In this document: positions 53,764 through 64,000 of the stretch, in pieces
Layout of the letters: each line of letters begins with the position of its first letter
Numbering within the stretch: the stretch's first letter is position 1
Source: Camelus ferus
Taxonomy: Eukaryota
Direction: 5' to 3'
DNA: 64,000 nucleotides
NCBI RefSeq assembly: GCF_009834535.1
Contig: NC_045696.1
Coordinates: 97,776,001 to 97,840,000 of the forward strand
Program-made: the position numbers and the translations under genes
The notes under the pieces: generated by a model
What the model saw: the letters and a program-made list of their open reading frames with translations, nothing else
What the model was told of the DNA's origin: nothing
Databases searched by the model: none

Positions 53764-54740
53764 CCAAGACAGTTCTTCAGTTTCTCATCTGAAATGAGTA
53801 ACCACCCTTGTGCGAATCCTGGGAAAGAAAACACAATTTTCTCTCACAAACATAAATCCTTTCTTTGGGAGGTGGGGGTGGGTAGGGGACACTCATGAGC
53901 TAAACGTTAGGTGGGCAGACATACCGTTCCGCCTTCATCTCATTTCCATTCCTACTGGATGAGGACCAGCTTCTTGGAAAACATCAATGTCAGGTGAAAT
54001 CGTTACTCTCCAAACACTATCTTCCCTCCTAAATACCTATACTCACAGCTGCCTGATGGTGTTGGCAAAAGGAAGGGAAGAGAAAGCTAACAAATAGAGT
54101 TTGTGCTCAACATGGAACAGGGTGGACTCAAAAGATGGTAAAGAATGAGAGGTTTTTCAGGCTTCAAAATCTTCTTTTGAATGAAGGCATTTTATCTGTA
54201 GTTCTCAGCTTCTAGCCTCAAGAAGTGGAGATCGGAGGCGAAATTCTAGGAGAAGAAGAAAAACAAAGGAAAGCAGGCCCCAGGTTCAGAACTAAGGTGG
54301 TAGCTCGGGGTAATGTCAGCTAATCAAGAGGCCACTTCCAGAGTCCAGTGGGCAGCTCACAGGGAACATGGATGCCTCTTACTGCCCTGGGTCCCAGTCT
54401 GATTTGTAGTGAAGGAAATATGTGTCCAAGATCTAGGCACATGGTAGGTGCACAGTAAATATTTGTGGAATCCATCAATACAAGTGATGATAGTCTATTA
54501 ATATAAGGCTGGACTCTTTCCAATTTAGTCTACAAACTGGCCAAGTTGGGCATTCAGGTGGAAATCAACTAAGAGCCATCTAGGGAGACAAGAAGTGGGT
54601 GAGCGGAGGGGAGAAATGCACGCTTTATTCTAAAAATACAAATTAGCATACATTCACGACTTGATGGACAAAGTATGAGTCACATTCAAAACGGCGCGGT
54701 CCAGTGTCACCGTGACCACAGCGTGGGTTATGTTTTCTAG

Positions 54741-54951
54741 GCACTCTCTATCCTGATAATACAGCGGGCCTGCAAGAGGAAGATGACCAGCTGGAGCCAG
54801 GGGCAGAGCATACTTACAGGTGGTTTGTAGGAGAAAATCAGGGGCCTGGCCCCAATGACAGTAACTTCGTGACAAGGATGTACCACTCCCACATAGACTC
54901 CAAAAGATGTGGCTTCGGGACTTGTTGGACCAATTCTGACTTGTAAAAGAG
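54741..54951 (+). pseudogene. CPHL1P: CPHL1 exon 3 (2-nt deletion)
   Basis: TLYPDNTAGLQEEDDQLEPGAEHTYRWFVGENQGPGPNDSNFVTRMYHSHID/PKDVASGLVGPILTCKR; frameshift near 54899; 211 nt. Confidence 0.93.
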
Positions 54952-55440
54952 GTAACATTTAAAAAATTTCATCGTAGCAATAGAGCCAGCCAGGATATGC
55001 CAGGTCTACCTCACTCCTCTACTGGAATTTTTGTATCAAATGAGCTCTCTTTTCCTGTCTTTGACCTTGATTCTCCAGTCAAGAAAAGTAACATTGCCAC
55101 TTGGACTCTGAGCACTAGATGGCGATCTTGGGTCCACTGCCTCAGTTCAAGTCCAATAACGCAGGGTGGACGCTAGACAGTGGTCACTTTAGCCACAGTC
55201 ACACAAAATTCTGCCACTTTTTTCCCTCCTACAGAGAAGTGTTGAATCTGCAGGGTGGGGGGAACAGGAAGATGAGAGGTGTCTGCCTGTTCTTTCCATG
55301 CTCAGTTCCTTAGGGTCCTATGTGTGGAGGTAAAAGATTTTACTTTAGTATTTTGAGTGGGATCAGCTAGGATCACTAATTTATTTTATAGCCAGAGTTA
55401 TTTTTGCAAAGAAGAGGTTTTGCTGTCCTCTTTGTTCCAG

Positions 55441-55611
55441 GCACCCTGGATGGAGAGACAGAAACAAATATCAACTAGTCTTATGTTCTGTTGTTTTCTA
55501 CAACTGATGAGAACAATAGCTGGCACATCGATGACAACAGTGATACATACACTGAATCTGGCCGAGTCCATGCCAGTGATTCTTGCTTCCAGGAGAGTAA
55601 TCGCATGCACT
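55441..55611 (+). pseudogene. CPHL1P: CPHL1 exon 4 (nonsense codon)
   Basis: TLDGETETNIN*SYVLLFSTTDENNSWHIDDNSDTYTESGRVHASDSCFQESNRMH; TAG at 55476-78; ag/gt intact. Confidence 0.92.
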
Positions 55612-56289
55612 GTAAGATTATAAAGAACTTTCTCATTCATTATATCCTATAATTCTAACTTCTATGATGCTGTTTAGTGATTTCCCTCCGTTTGAGTTTG
55701 TTTAGGTGAGTTTCTGTTTCCCAGGTTTTCATGCTGGTGGATATGCAAGGCAGGGTAGTCGATCCTGCTGGTTTCCAAAGTTTCACAGCAAGGACAGTGA
55801 GGACGGTGCGTTTGTTTTCTGAAGTCTGATATTGATCAAAAGGAGATGGTGAAAACATAACAGAGACATGATTTTAAGGTAATAAAATGTTATGGAGGGA
55901 CAAAAATACAATTGACCAGGTATTTTATGGAAACGTGTTTCTACACAGAACTTTTCTGAAAAGATGCTCTAGTTTCTCAGTCACCTTCACCCTCCCTCTC
56001 TTCTTCCACGGACTTAGCTTCTTTCTGTTCTTTCTCCCTTTTCCCTGCGTCCTGTCTCCCAGCTTACTTTCCCTCCTCTTGACTCTAAATGTGTGTGCTC
56101 CTCACTTTTAATCAGAAATGATGCTTATGGCCTCCCTTTGGGGGAGAAAATCAAATCAAACCCTGTCACAGGTGATGCAGGAGGACAATGCTGACAGTGC
56201 CAGGTTTATGTGATGAGGAAATGCATGGAGTTCACACCACGTGGCCCTGATCTAACATGCTTCATAGGTTAACATACCTTTGTTTGAAG

Positions 56290-56532
56290 CAATAAATGGA
56301 TACATGTATGGAAATCTGCCCAGTCTCACTATGTGTGCAGAGGACAGGGTCAAGTGGTATTTTGTTGGCATGGCTGATGTGTCAGACACATACCCCATCT
56401 ATCTCCAAGGACAAACTCTGATCTCTCGGAATCACAGAAAAGACACCGTTACCGTCTTCCCTGCCTCGATGGAAGATGCCTTCATGGTGGCCCAGGGTGC
56501 TGGAGAGTGGATGCTGGGCTGTCAGACACATG
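56290..56532 (+). pseudogene. CPHL1P: CPHL1 exon 5 (frame open; donor reads GG instead of GT)
   Basis: INGYMYGNLPSLTMCAEDRVKWYFVGMADVSDTYPIYLQGQTLISRNHRKDTVTVFPASMEDAFMVAQGAGEWMLGCQTH; similarity ends at CAT G|ggaggg. The 3' boundary is inferred. Confidence 0.88.
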
Positions 56533-57689
56533 GGAGGGATTTATTCTTTTTATATCATGCAGGGTCAGGGGACTCCCAAGGCTATAACCCATTACAAACG
56601 GCTCATCTTCCAAATGGGGAAACTGCCATCGAGGGAGGTGACAGGATTGCCTTTTGGAAAGCCAGTGACACAGCCAGGACTAGAATCCAGGTCTCTGATA
56701 TTTTTAACTTTATGATAATAAACCCTTTGGGGTATATAGGGTTTTTTGTTGTCACTTTTACAACAAAACTCTTTTATAGTCATTAACTGGTGAACCTTAC
56801 AAGAACCCTGAGTGTCAGACCAGGCAGGTGTTATTACACTTTAATTGAGGAAACAAGTTTCAAGAGGTTGAAACCCTTGCCCAAAACCCTATGAGAGGCA
56901 AGAATTATGTAGGACCAAATAATTCTAATCTAGTACTCAGTAAACCTCTTTATGTCACTTCATTTCCCTCTTTAATCACACTCTGCATTAAATGACTGGA
57001 TGGCCCATTATGAAGTTATTGGTCTTTTCTATTCTTAGATATGACCATACTCTACATATAATCATGTCAATGTTTTATTTTTTAATCAGAAAACATGATT
57101 GTTATTAGAACTGAAGACCTTTTTATTATACAAAATGGGGTTGATTTCTCTAATCAAAATCTTTTTCTTAAGTCCTGTACTTTGGTTAGCATCATGCTTT
57201 AATTAATTTTTTAAACAACTAAACAATAAGTATTTATCAGGATTTACTATGTGCTGTGTCCCTCCCAGAGCGGCTAGGAAAAAGGAGAACCACACATCAC
57301 TATTGCAACTCAAGGACAGAACGTAATGATAAAGATTCTCACTTAGAAAGCAATAGTATTTTCAGGTTGAAATGTACACTCAGGCTCAATCCTCCCATTT
57401 ACCTTGTTTGCAGATGGTGCCTTCAGCCAGGTCTTTCTTCCTCAGCTCTGCAGAAAGACTGCCTCTTGGGTTGATGAACTCTATAGCTTTCTCCTGTGTT
57501 TCTTCTCTCCCTGTGTCTTACAGCATCTTTTAAATGTTCTTACAGTCTTTTTGTTTGTTTTTTAGCAATTGTAAGAATAGAAGAATAGACTTTTACTGGA
57601 AAGAAAGAAAGGAAGGAAAAGAGGGAGGAGCGTGGGAGGGAGCGAAGGAGGGAGAGAGAATTAGGTGGGGGCAGCAGGCAGAAAAAGTG

Positions 57690-58092
57690 ACAGTCTACTA
57701 TGGTGGTGAATAGGAACCACCTTGTCGGAGCTCAAGAGAGCTGAGAGTTCAATAAGCCAGCTGGTAAACTCCTGGCAGCTTCATACTGGCCACAGCGGGA
57801 GTGTTTACACTACAAAAGTTAGCAAAAAGGGGAAGGGTATAGCTTAGTGGTAGAATGCGTGCTTAGCATACATGAGGTCATGGGTTCGAGCCCCATGACC
57901 AAGGTACCATTGTTAAATAAAATAATAATAATAATAATTAAATAAACCTAATTGTCTACCCCCCAAAAATAAAAATAAAATTTATGACTACACTCCAATT
58001 AAAAACATATATATATAAGAAAAATTTTTTAATTAGCAAAAAAACAGATTTTGTGTTTGTCATTGGAGAAATGGTTTAAGAATACAACCATT
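57690..58092. mobile_element. MER63-like DNA element interrupted by a Vic-1-like SINE (57829-58030, +)
   Basis: tggccacagcgggagtgtttacac...; SINE ggggaagggtatagcttagtggtagaatgcgtgcttagcat...gggttcgagcccc; ttagcaaaaa is repeated on both sides. Confidence 0.7.
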
Positions 58093-59148
58093 AGTCCAAC
58101 CCCATCCCAGTTCTCTCCCAGAGAGTAATCACCATAATCAGTTTGGTGTGAACACTTGCAAACCTGTTTACTATGCATTTTCATAAAATATCTATGAACA
58201 TGTAGAAATAAAAATACAAAGCTATGTTTTGTTCTGTGTATGTAAATCACATCACATATAATAGGTGTTAATTTATTTATTTAACCTAAAAATAGAGTAT
58301 TATTTTTATGTAATAGGATTTTCTTTATTTGCGGCTTGCTTTCTTCACTCATCCATATGCCTTGAAATCTTTTCCAGGACATTCCCCTTGCCTCTAACTC
58401 ATTCTTTTTACACAGTTGTACAGGTTTCCACATTTGGATGTATCCTAATTTATTTAGCCATTTGCTACTGATAGAGATTTCAATTGCTTTCACCTTTTTT
58501 GGCTCACTAACAGTATTATATTTGTATAATATATTTGTATCTTTACATGTATGTGAAAATATTTGTCTTGGTTAACTACAAAGAAGTGAATTGTTTTTTA
58601 AATGGAAGCATTTGTAATTTTAACAAATTACAAATTTGTTTGTAATTGAGAAATTACCTTCCAAAAGCCTATATTGATTTACATTCTTATCAACTGGGCT
58701 ATGGAATCAAAACACTGCAGTGATGCCCTCACATGGAAATGTACCTGCCTTGATTTTCTTCCTGCCTGCCAACTAGCTGATCTAATAAACCAACTAACTC
58801 ACAATAATTAATGGTAACAATTTCATACTCATAAGGGGAGATGTTTTTGGCCAGACTCCCCGATTCCTCTTGGTAGGCAGGTGCCATCTTCACACAGGAG
58901 CTGGTCCAGGGTTGGTCATTATTCTCTATATGTGTTCCTCTCACATTCATCATTGCATCCTGGTTTTTGTACTTGTTTCATACATTTTAGGTTTTTACAC
59001 AGATTCTGTAAATAAAACACCTCAAATTTCTCAAAGGAAGGGAAAGTCGCAATGTTGTTGGCAAAAATTTTTAAATATTTATATCTGGATTAAGAAAAAT
59101 GTTTTAATGTTTCAATAACATTCTCTACTTGGGTTTACTGTTTTTCAG

Positions 59149-59302
59149 AGAGTATTCAGGCAAAATTGCCAAAAACCTTCAACAGATGTCACTGGGACAC
59201 AAATTGTACATTATTATATCGCTGCTGAGGAAAATTTTTTGGAACTGTGTTCCATCTAGTGTAGGTTTCTTCACTAAAAAAAAATTTGACAGAAGCTGGA
59301 AG
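59149..59302 (+). pseudogene. CPHL1P: CPHL1 exon 6 (about 14-nt deletion plus two +1 A insertions)
   Basis: (E)SIQA/NCQKPSTDVTGTQIVHYYIAAEE/IFWNCVPSSVGFFTKK/NLTEAG(S); compare CP HYYIAAEEIIWNYAPSG. Confidence 0.88.
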
Positions 59303-60350
59303 GTAATGATTCAGTGATTAAAATATTTATAGTTAAATAAAGATAATTGAACTTTTTCATAACCTAGCTATTCCTAAAAAGGAGTTAGGCATCTTATAAT
59401 AAAAAGATACAGATAAAGTAAAGGTAGGAAAATAATTATATCAATAATTGGAAAATATTGAATATAAGGGTCATTGTGACACAAAATTTTTCTCCAAATG
59501 CCTTGGCAGCCAATGTAAAGGAAAATATACCACTCATCTTTTTCCTAGCACTGAATTTTAAAATGGATTTATTTTTTAATTATGAGACATTCAACAACAC
59601 AGTGGACAGTGTGATCAATAGCAATTTTACAAAAATTCAAAAACATTCTTCATGTGTAACTTGTTCTTTCCTGCTAAGATCCGAGGGTATAATGAACTGT
59701 GTCCTGTGAGAGCCTTAAATCATATGAATATTTTTTACTCAATAATACCTAAGAATATATTACCAATTGCTACTTTAATAACCAAAGACTAAGGCTAAAT
59801 TACCTGTCTGCAGCATCAGCTTTTAAAAGTGCACAAAAAAATTTTCTCATAGTCCAACTGCTAAATACATTTACCAATTTGAAGATTCCAGGAGTTTTAA
59901 TCCTTTTAATCTATTGAATGAAAGTTTTCTGTCAGAAAATAGCAAGTTCTATAACCATCAGAAAATAATATTTCCCATAGTATTTAATTTTTTTTCTAAT
60001 TCACTCACAGAAAATTTAAGAAAATTAAGAATGCTATACCAAGTGAATATTTTTTCTTCTTACATTTGAAGCACATCGATAAATCATTTAATCTGTGTAG
60101 TGGAAAGTTTGTATTAGTCGTGAGAAGGCTATCTGGGCTAGAGCAAAAACTAGATTCAGAACTATGTCCAGCTCTCATTTTATATTGACTAAAATAAGTA
60201 TGAATTAATAGATTCTTTCAGCTTGCACGATTCTCCTGGCTGGGAAATTTGGTGACGTTTCAGCACTGCAAGTTTCCACTTCACTGCTAGGGAACACTTT
60301 TTCTCAGGGGACTCCATTATTTTATGATGATAGAATTTAAAAGTTAAAAA

Positions 60351-60400
60351 TGGCATCTCTCTAAATAGTCTGGCATCTCTCTCAATAGTCTAGCATCTCT
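60351..60400. repeat. 20-bp tandem repeat, about 2.5 copies
   Basis: tggcatctctctaaatagtc tggcatctctctcaatagtc tagcatctct. Confidence 0.9.
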
Positions 60401-60787
60401 GTACAGTTGTTTTAAAAAATTGCTTTTTTGTTTGTTATTATCTGCCTAAGAAAAAAATCAGACATAATGCCTTTTAAATTTTTATTCCAAAAGAAAATGT
60501 GAAGATAAATTACTAGATAGACAGACACAGATACTTTTATACACATGCATAGACAAAAGACTGAAAAGATACCCGTGGGTAATGTTGACAGATGGTGGGA
60601 TTATAACAATTTTAATTTTCTTTGTTGTGTTTTTCTTTATTTTCCAAATTCTCTACAATGAGCATGCATTGTTTTTATAACTAAATTACTAGTACTTTAA
60701 AACAGATGCATATAGATTCTCGCTTTCTTTTCATATGATCACTGTAAATTAAAAAAATTTTTTTGTGTATCCACTTTCTCTGCCCAG

Positions 60788-60919
60788 TCAATCCCAGCTC
60801 TATTTTGAACAAAGTGCAACCAGAATTGGAGGAACTTACAAAAAAAGCAGTTTACCGTGAATACATAGATGCTTCCTTCCAAACACAGAATGCAAGAGAA
60901 AAGCACCTTGGAATCCTTG
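60788..60919 (+). pseudogene. CPHL1P: CPHL1 exon 7 (+1 A frameshift)
   Basis: QSQLYFEQSATRIGGTYKK/AVYREYIDASFQTQNAREKHLGIL(G); A7 run at 60840-46 where A6 is needed. Confidence 0.92.
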
Positions 60920-61276
60920 GTAAAATTACATTCAGAGCTTTGTACAAATTCTGTGCAATCAAAATAATATTAACCAACTCACAGCTTCAGAGATTCTAGC
61001 TGTCATCTTACAACCTTACGAAACCAAGACATGCCGATTCACCCAATTTTAAACCGCCTTTTTTGGTCCTTATAAATCCAATAAGATGAACATATCCAGG
61101 AGATCCTAAGCAACTTTCTAAGACCATGAATCACCTAGACCTCTTGAGGCTGGACATGTTTCTGGTTCATGGCAACATCCCTTTAACTTGTTCCTAGAAG
61201 AGACTTAGGCAGGTAACACAAGTCTGATGACGACTTGTATGAAAACCAAGGGCAGTTCCTGACTGTTGGTTTCCAG

Positions 61277-61417
61277 GCCCCGTCATTAAGGCAGAGGTGG
61301 GACGGACCCTCCAGGTCACTTTCTACAACAACGCTTCCCAGCCGCTCAGCATTCAGCCCCACGGACTGCATTACAACCAGAGCGCTGAGGGCTCCTTCTA
61401 CAAAACACGGGGAGACA
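61277..61417 (+). pseudogene. CPHL1P: CPHL1 exon 8 (frame open)
   Basis: PVIKAEVGRTLQVTFYNNASQPLSIQPHGLHYNQSAEGSFYKTRGD; ccag/gtaagt. Confidence 0.92.
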
Positions 61418-61697
61418 GTAAGTCCTCGGACTCACGGCAGGCCCAGGCAAGCCATCCTGCAACTTAAAGTCCGCAGGAAAGTAAAACTCCTCCTAAAGTC
61501 ACCGCGCAGCCTGCTTTTCACATTGGAACAGCTCTGTGTACTTACTGTGGCAGAGTGAGTCCTCCAGCCCCTGTCCACTGTCACCCAAAGGGCGGTAAGA
61601 TGAAGAAGACACAGTCCCTGCTCTCAGAGATCTCACAGTCTAGACTCGGGTACTTCTGGTCCTGGGTCCTCTTTTACAAATGCTTAGCTCTCCCTAG

Positions 61698-61909
61698 GTA
61701 CCCCTTCACCCTCCTCACGTGTAAATCCTGGCACAACATTCATCTACACGTGGGAAGTTCCAAGAGATGTAGGTCCCACCTCCACGGATCCTGACTGCCT
61801 GACCCGGTTCTACTATTCCTCCATAAATCGTGGGGGCGACACCAAGAGAGGCCTTGTGGGGCCTCACCTCGTGGGCAGGAACGGAAGTCTAGGAGAGGAT
61901 GGCGAACAG
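61698..61909 (+). pseudogene. CPHL1P: CPHL1 exon 9 (frame open)
   Basis: TPSPSSRVNPGTTFIYTWEVPRDVGPTSTDPDCLTRFYYSSINRGGDTKRGLVGPHLVGRNGSLGEDGEQ; ctag/gtgagt; 212 nt. Confidence 0.92.
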
Positions 61910-62921
61910 GTGAGTCATGGGACCTGTGTCCAGGTGTGCCTTGGAGAGAGGTTGCCTGAGACAGGACTTCGGGGGACAGGCAAGGCGACAACGGGCAGCT
62001 TCGCCTTCTGTGTGCTGAAGTCTCCTGGTTCTACTCTCTCCTCATCCAGACCTATGTCTTCCTCTGCCCAGTGAACACCCACCCTGGCAGATTCCACAGA
62101 CACCAATTCCACTTGACTGTTTTGATTCTTCATCTCCCCCTGGACAGCCACCGCCTGTCCCACCCTTCTCTACGTCAGCCCCTTTCCCTCTGTTCTCTCT
62201 TAGTTAATGACATACCGAGCCTAGAACTCCATCAGCAACTCCTTTTCTCTCACCTCCAACATTAGTGAACTCCAACACTGGGGAACAACTCTCCGATAGC
62301 GCTGCCTTTAGGCCGCGGCATCTCTTTCTGAATTCCTGGGACCTCCTAAGTCTCGTCCCCATTTTCATCCTGCTTCATATAGCGCCACACCCCTCCGTTT
62401 CAAACCTGATCACAGTGCTTCCCACCCTAGAATCATCCCACAATTTGTTGGCTCGGGAGGCAATACATCGGACCCTGCTGACCCCTCCAGACGCACAGCC
62501 CGCCCCTGGCCACCCTACACCGGCCATTCTGGTCTTAAACTGCAGAGTTAGCTTGTCAGTCCCGGAGTAAGGATGGCTAATTCACATTTCTTTGATTGTG
62601 TCTTTCTTCTCTCTGTCTGGAAGGGCCTTTCCTCACCATTTTATATGCAAAAAGGGGAGACTTTTTAATAAAAACTCAGACCAGGGATCCCTTCCTTCTC
62701 TTCAAACAATATTCCCTAACTAAAGTTAATTGAAATTCCTGTGGGTTACCGTAGTTCCTTGTGAGTGTTTCTGTCAGAACACTTAGCCATGCAATTATTT
62801 TTACTGGCCTGTTTCTCCCACTAGACTATAAGTAACTTGAAACCACGCATAAGATTTTACTAACTTTTTGGTAACAATTGCAGCGCCTCTCTGACATGTG
62901 ATAGGTACTCAATAAATGCTT

Positions 62922-63055
62922 GTATTGTATGTTTTATGAGGGGGAGGCAATTTGGTTTATTCATTGATTTCTGCTTGGAGGAGGTACTGGGGATTGAACC
63001 CAGGACCTCTTGGGTATTGAGCATGCGCTCTATCACTTGAGCTATGCCCTCCCCC
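62922..63055 (-). mobile_element. Vic-1-like SINE with 9-bp TSD, inserted into an L2 tail
   Basis: taaatgctt at 62913-21 and 63056-64; body gaggtactggggattgaacccaggacc...gagctatgccctccccc. Confidence 0.85.
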
Positions 63056-63704
63056 TAAATGCTTAATGAGTGAATTTCCCTTGTTCCTCCCTCACAAGTA
63101 ACCTAATATCCAAGTTCTTTTCTGCATTTGTAATTCATATATAATAAAACCTTACAAATCCCCCAATACTAATATGTAATTGAATGTATATTTTATTTTA
63201 AAATATGGCTATTTATATTCATCTATACAATGAAAGTCGTATAGCCTCATTATTCTTACAATAAATATAACTTTTATATTTTATCCAAAAATATACATAT
63301 TTGATTTCTTCATAAACCCTGAAAATACAGACTTTCTAGAATTGAAAACATTGTGTTTAACTTACTTTTTACAAAGCATCCTATGAAAAGCATTACAAAT
63401 ATCTGTGATTATATAGTTTCATTTTACAGAATTAAGATGTAGGGGGTCCCTATAGTAAGAGCTTTACATGAAAACAGTCGTAGAGATTTCTCCCAGCTTC
63501 TTAATTCTGGGGTAAATCCGTTCACTGGGATTCATGCCTTTATATAAAATGTTCTTAAGTGGGGAAGTCAATTGATCAGATTTTCTGGGACTATACAAAT
63601 CGCCTTGTAGGGGAAATCCTGTATGCAGATCAGTCATTTGACTAGACTTTGAATATAGACCATATACACTTCCTGTCTATTTCTTTTTCTATTCTCATCC
63701 ACAA

Positions 63705-63856
63705 AAGGGAATAGATAAACAATGCTACCCGCTTGCCACAATATTTGATGAAAATGAAAGTTATCTTTTAGACAGAAATAACAGGACATTTACCACAGAT
63801 CCTGAAAAAAGTGGACAGAGAAGATCCAGACTTCCAAGAGTCTAACAGCACGTACT
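63705..63856 (+). pseudogene. CPHL1P: CPHL1 exon 10 (acceptor AG>AA; +1 A frameshift)
   Basis: KGIDKQCYPLATIFDENESYLLDRNNRTFTTDPEK/VDREDPDFQESNSTY; compare CP KDVDKEFYLFPTVFDENES...DFQESNKMH; donor gtgagg. Confidence 0.9.
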
Positions 63857-64000
63857 GTGAGGAACATTTAATTTATAAGATAAATGCATTAGGCAGTTGT
63901 TTAATTTCACTAGGCCTAAAGAATTACAGGTTGTTTAAGAGAGACTTACATTTTCCCCTCAATGGTTGGCTAATATGTTTCATGTTTTCTTTAAATATAA

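Larger units (their letters stand above)
52218..63856 (+). pseudogene. CPHL1P: Ceruloplasmin/hephaestin-like (CPHL1) unprocessed pseudogene, exons 1-10; continues beyond the window
   Basis: Ten exons collinear with ceruloplasmin exons 1-10 with matching intron phases. Same strand and immediately downstream of TM4SF18, as for human CPHL1P. Multiple stops, frameshifts and splice lesions. Confidence 0.9.

Noticed and set aside
56280..56786. 168-aa ORF as a standalone protein
   Set aside because: It is pseudogene exon 5 plus intron read-through, with a non-ATG start.
60351..60400. Short direct repeats as a CRISPR-like array
   Set aside because: Head-to-tail copies with no spacers, in eukaryotic intron DNA.
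52218..63856. Calling this gene ceruloplasmin (CP) itself, or HEPH/HEPHL1
   Set aside because: The sequence is far more diverged from CP than an ortholog would be, and it is disabled. Its position directly after TM4SF18 matches CPHL1P, while HEPH and HEPHL1 lie on other chromosomes in human.

Overview
Mammalian genomic DNA, most likely camelid (several tRNA-Ala-derived Vic-1-like SINEs and artiodactyl-type L1 3' ends). It has three parts. (1) About 26 kb of repeat-rich intergenic DNA with candidate AP-1/ETS enhancers. (2) A complete, intact + strand TM4SF18 gene: five coding exons at 26546-39376 encoding 201 aa, all introns GT-AG. (3) Downstream on the same strand, the first ten exons (52218-63856, running off the window) of a ceruloplasmin/hephaestin-like multicopper oxidase gene. 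Its position matches CPHL1, which is the pseudogene CPHL1P in human. This copy is clearly disabled by nonsense codons, frameshifts and two broken splice sites. The exons can still be reconstructed, and they imply a domain-2 type-1 copper loop shortened to C-x2-H-x2-(I/M), the amicyanin spacing rather than the ceruloplasmin C-x4-H-x4-L. Most ORFs in the supplied track are spurious or repeat-derived. Family assignments and reference exon sizes come from recall, not database searches, and repeat boundaries are approximate.
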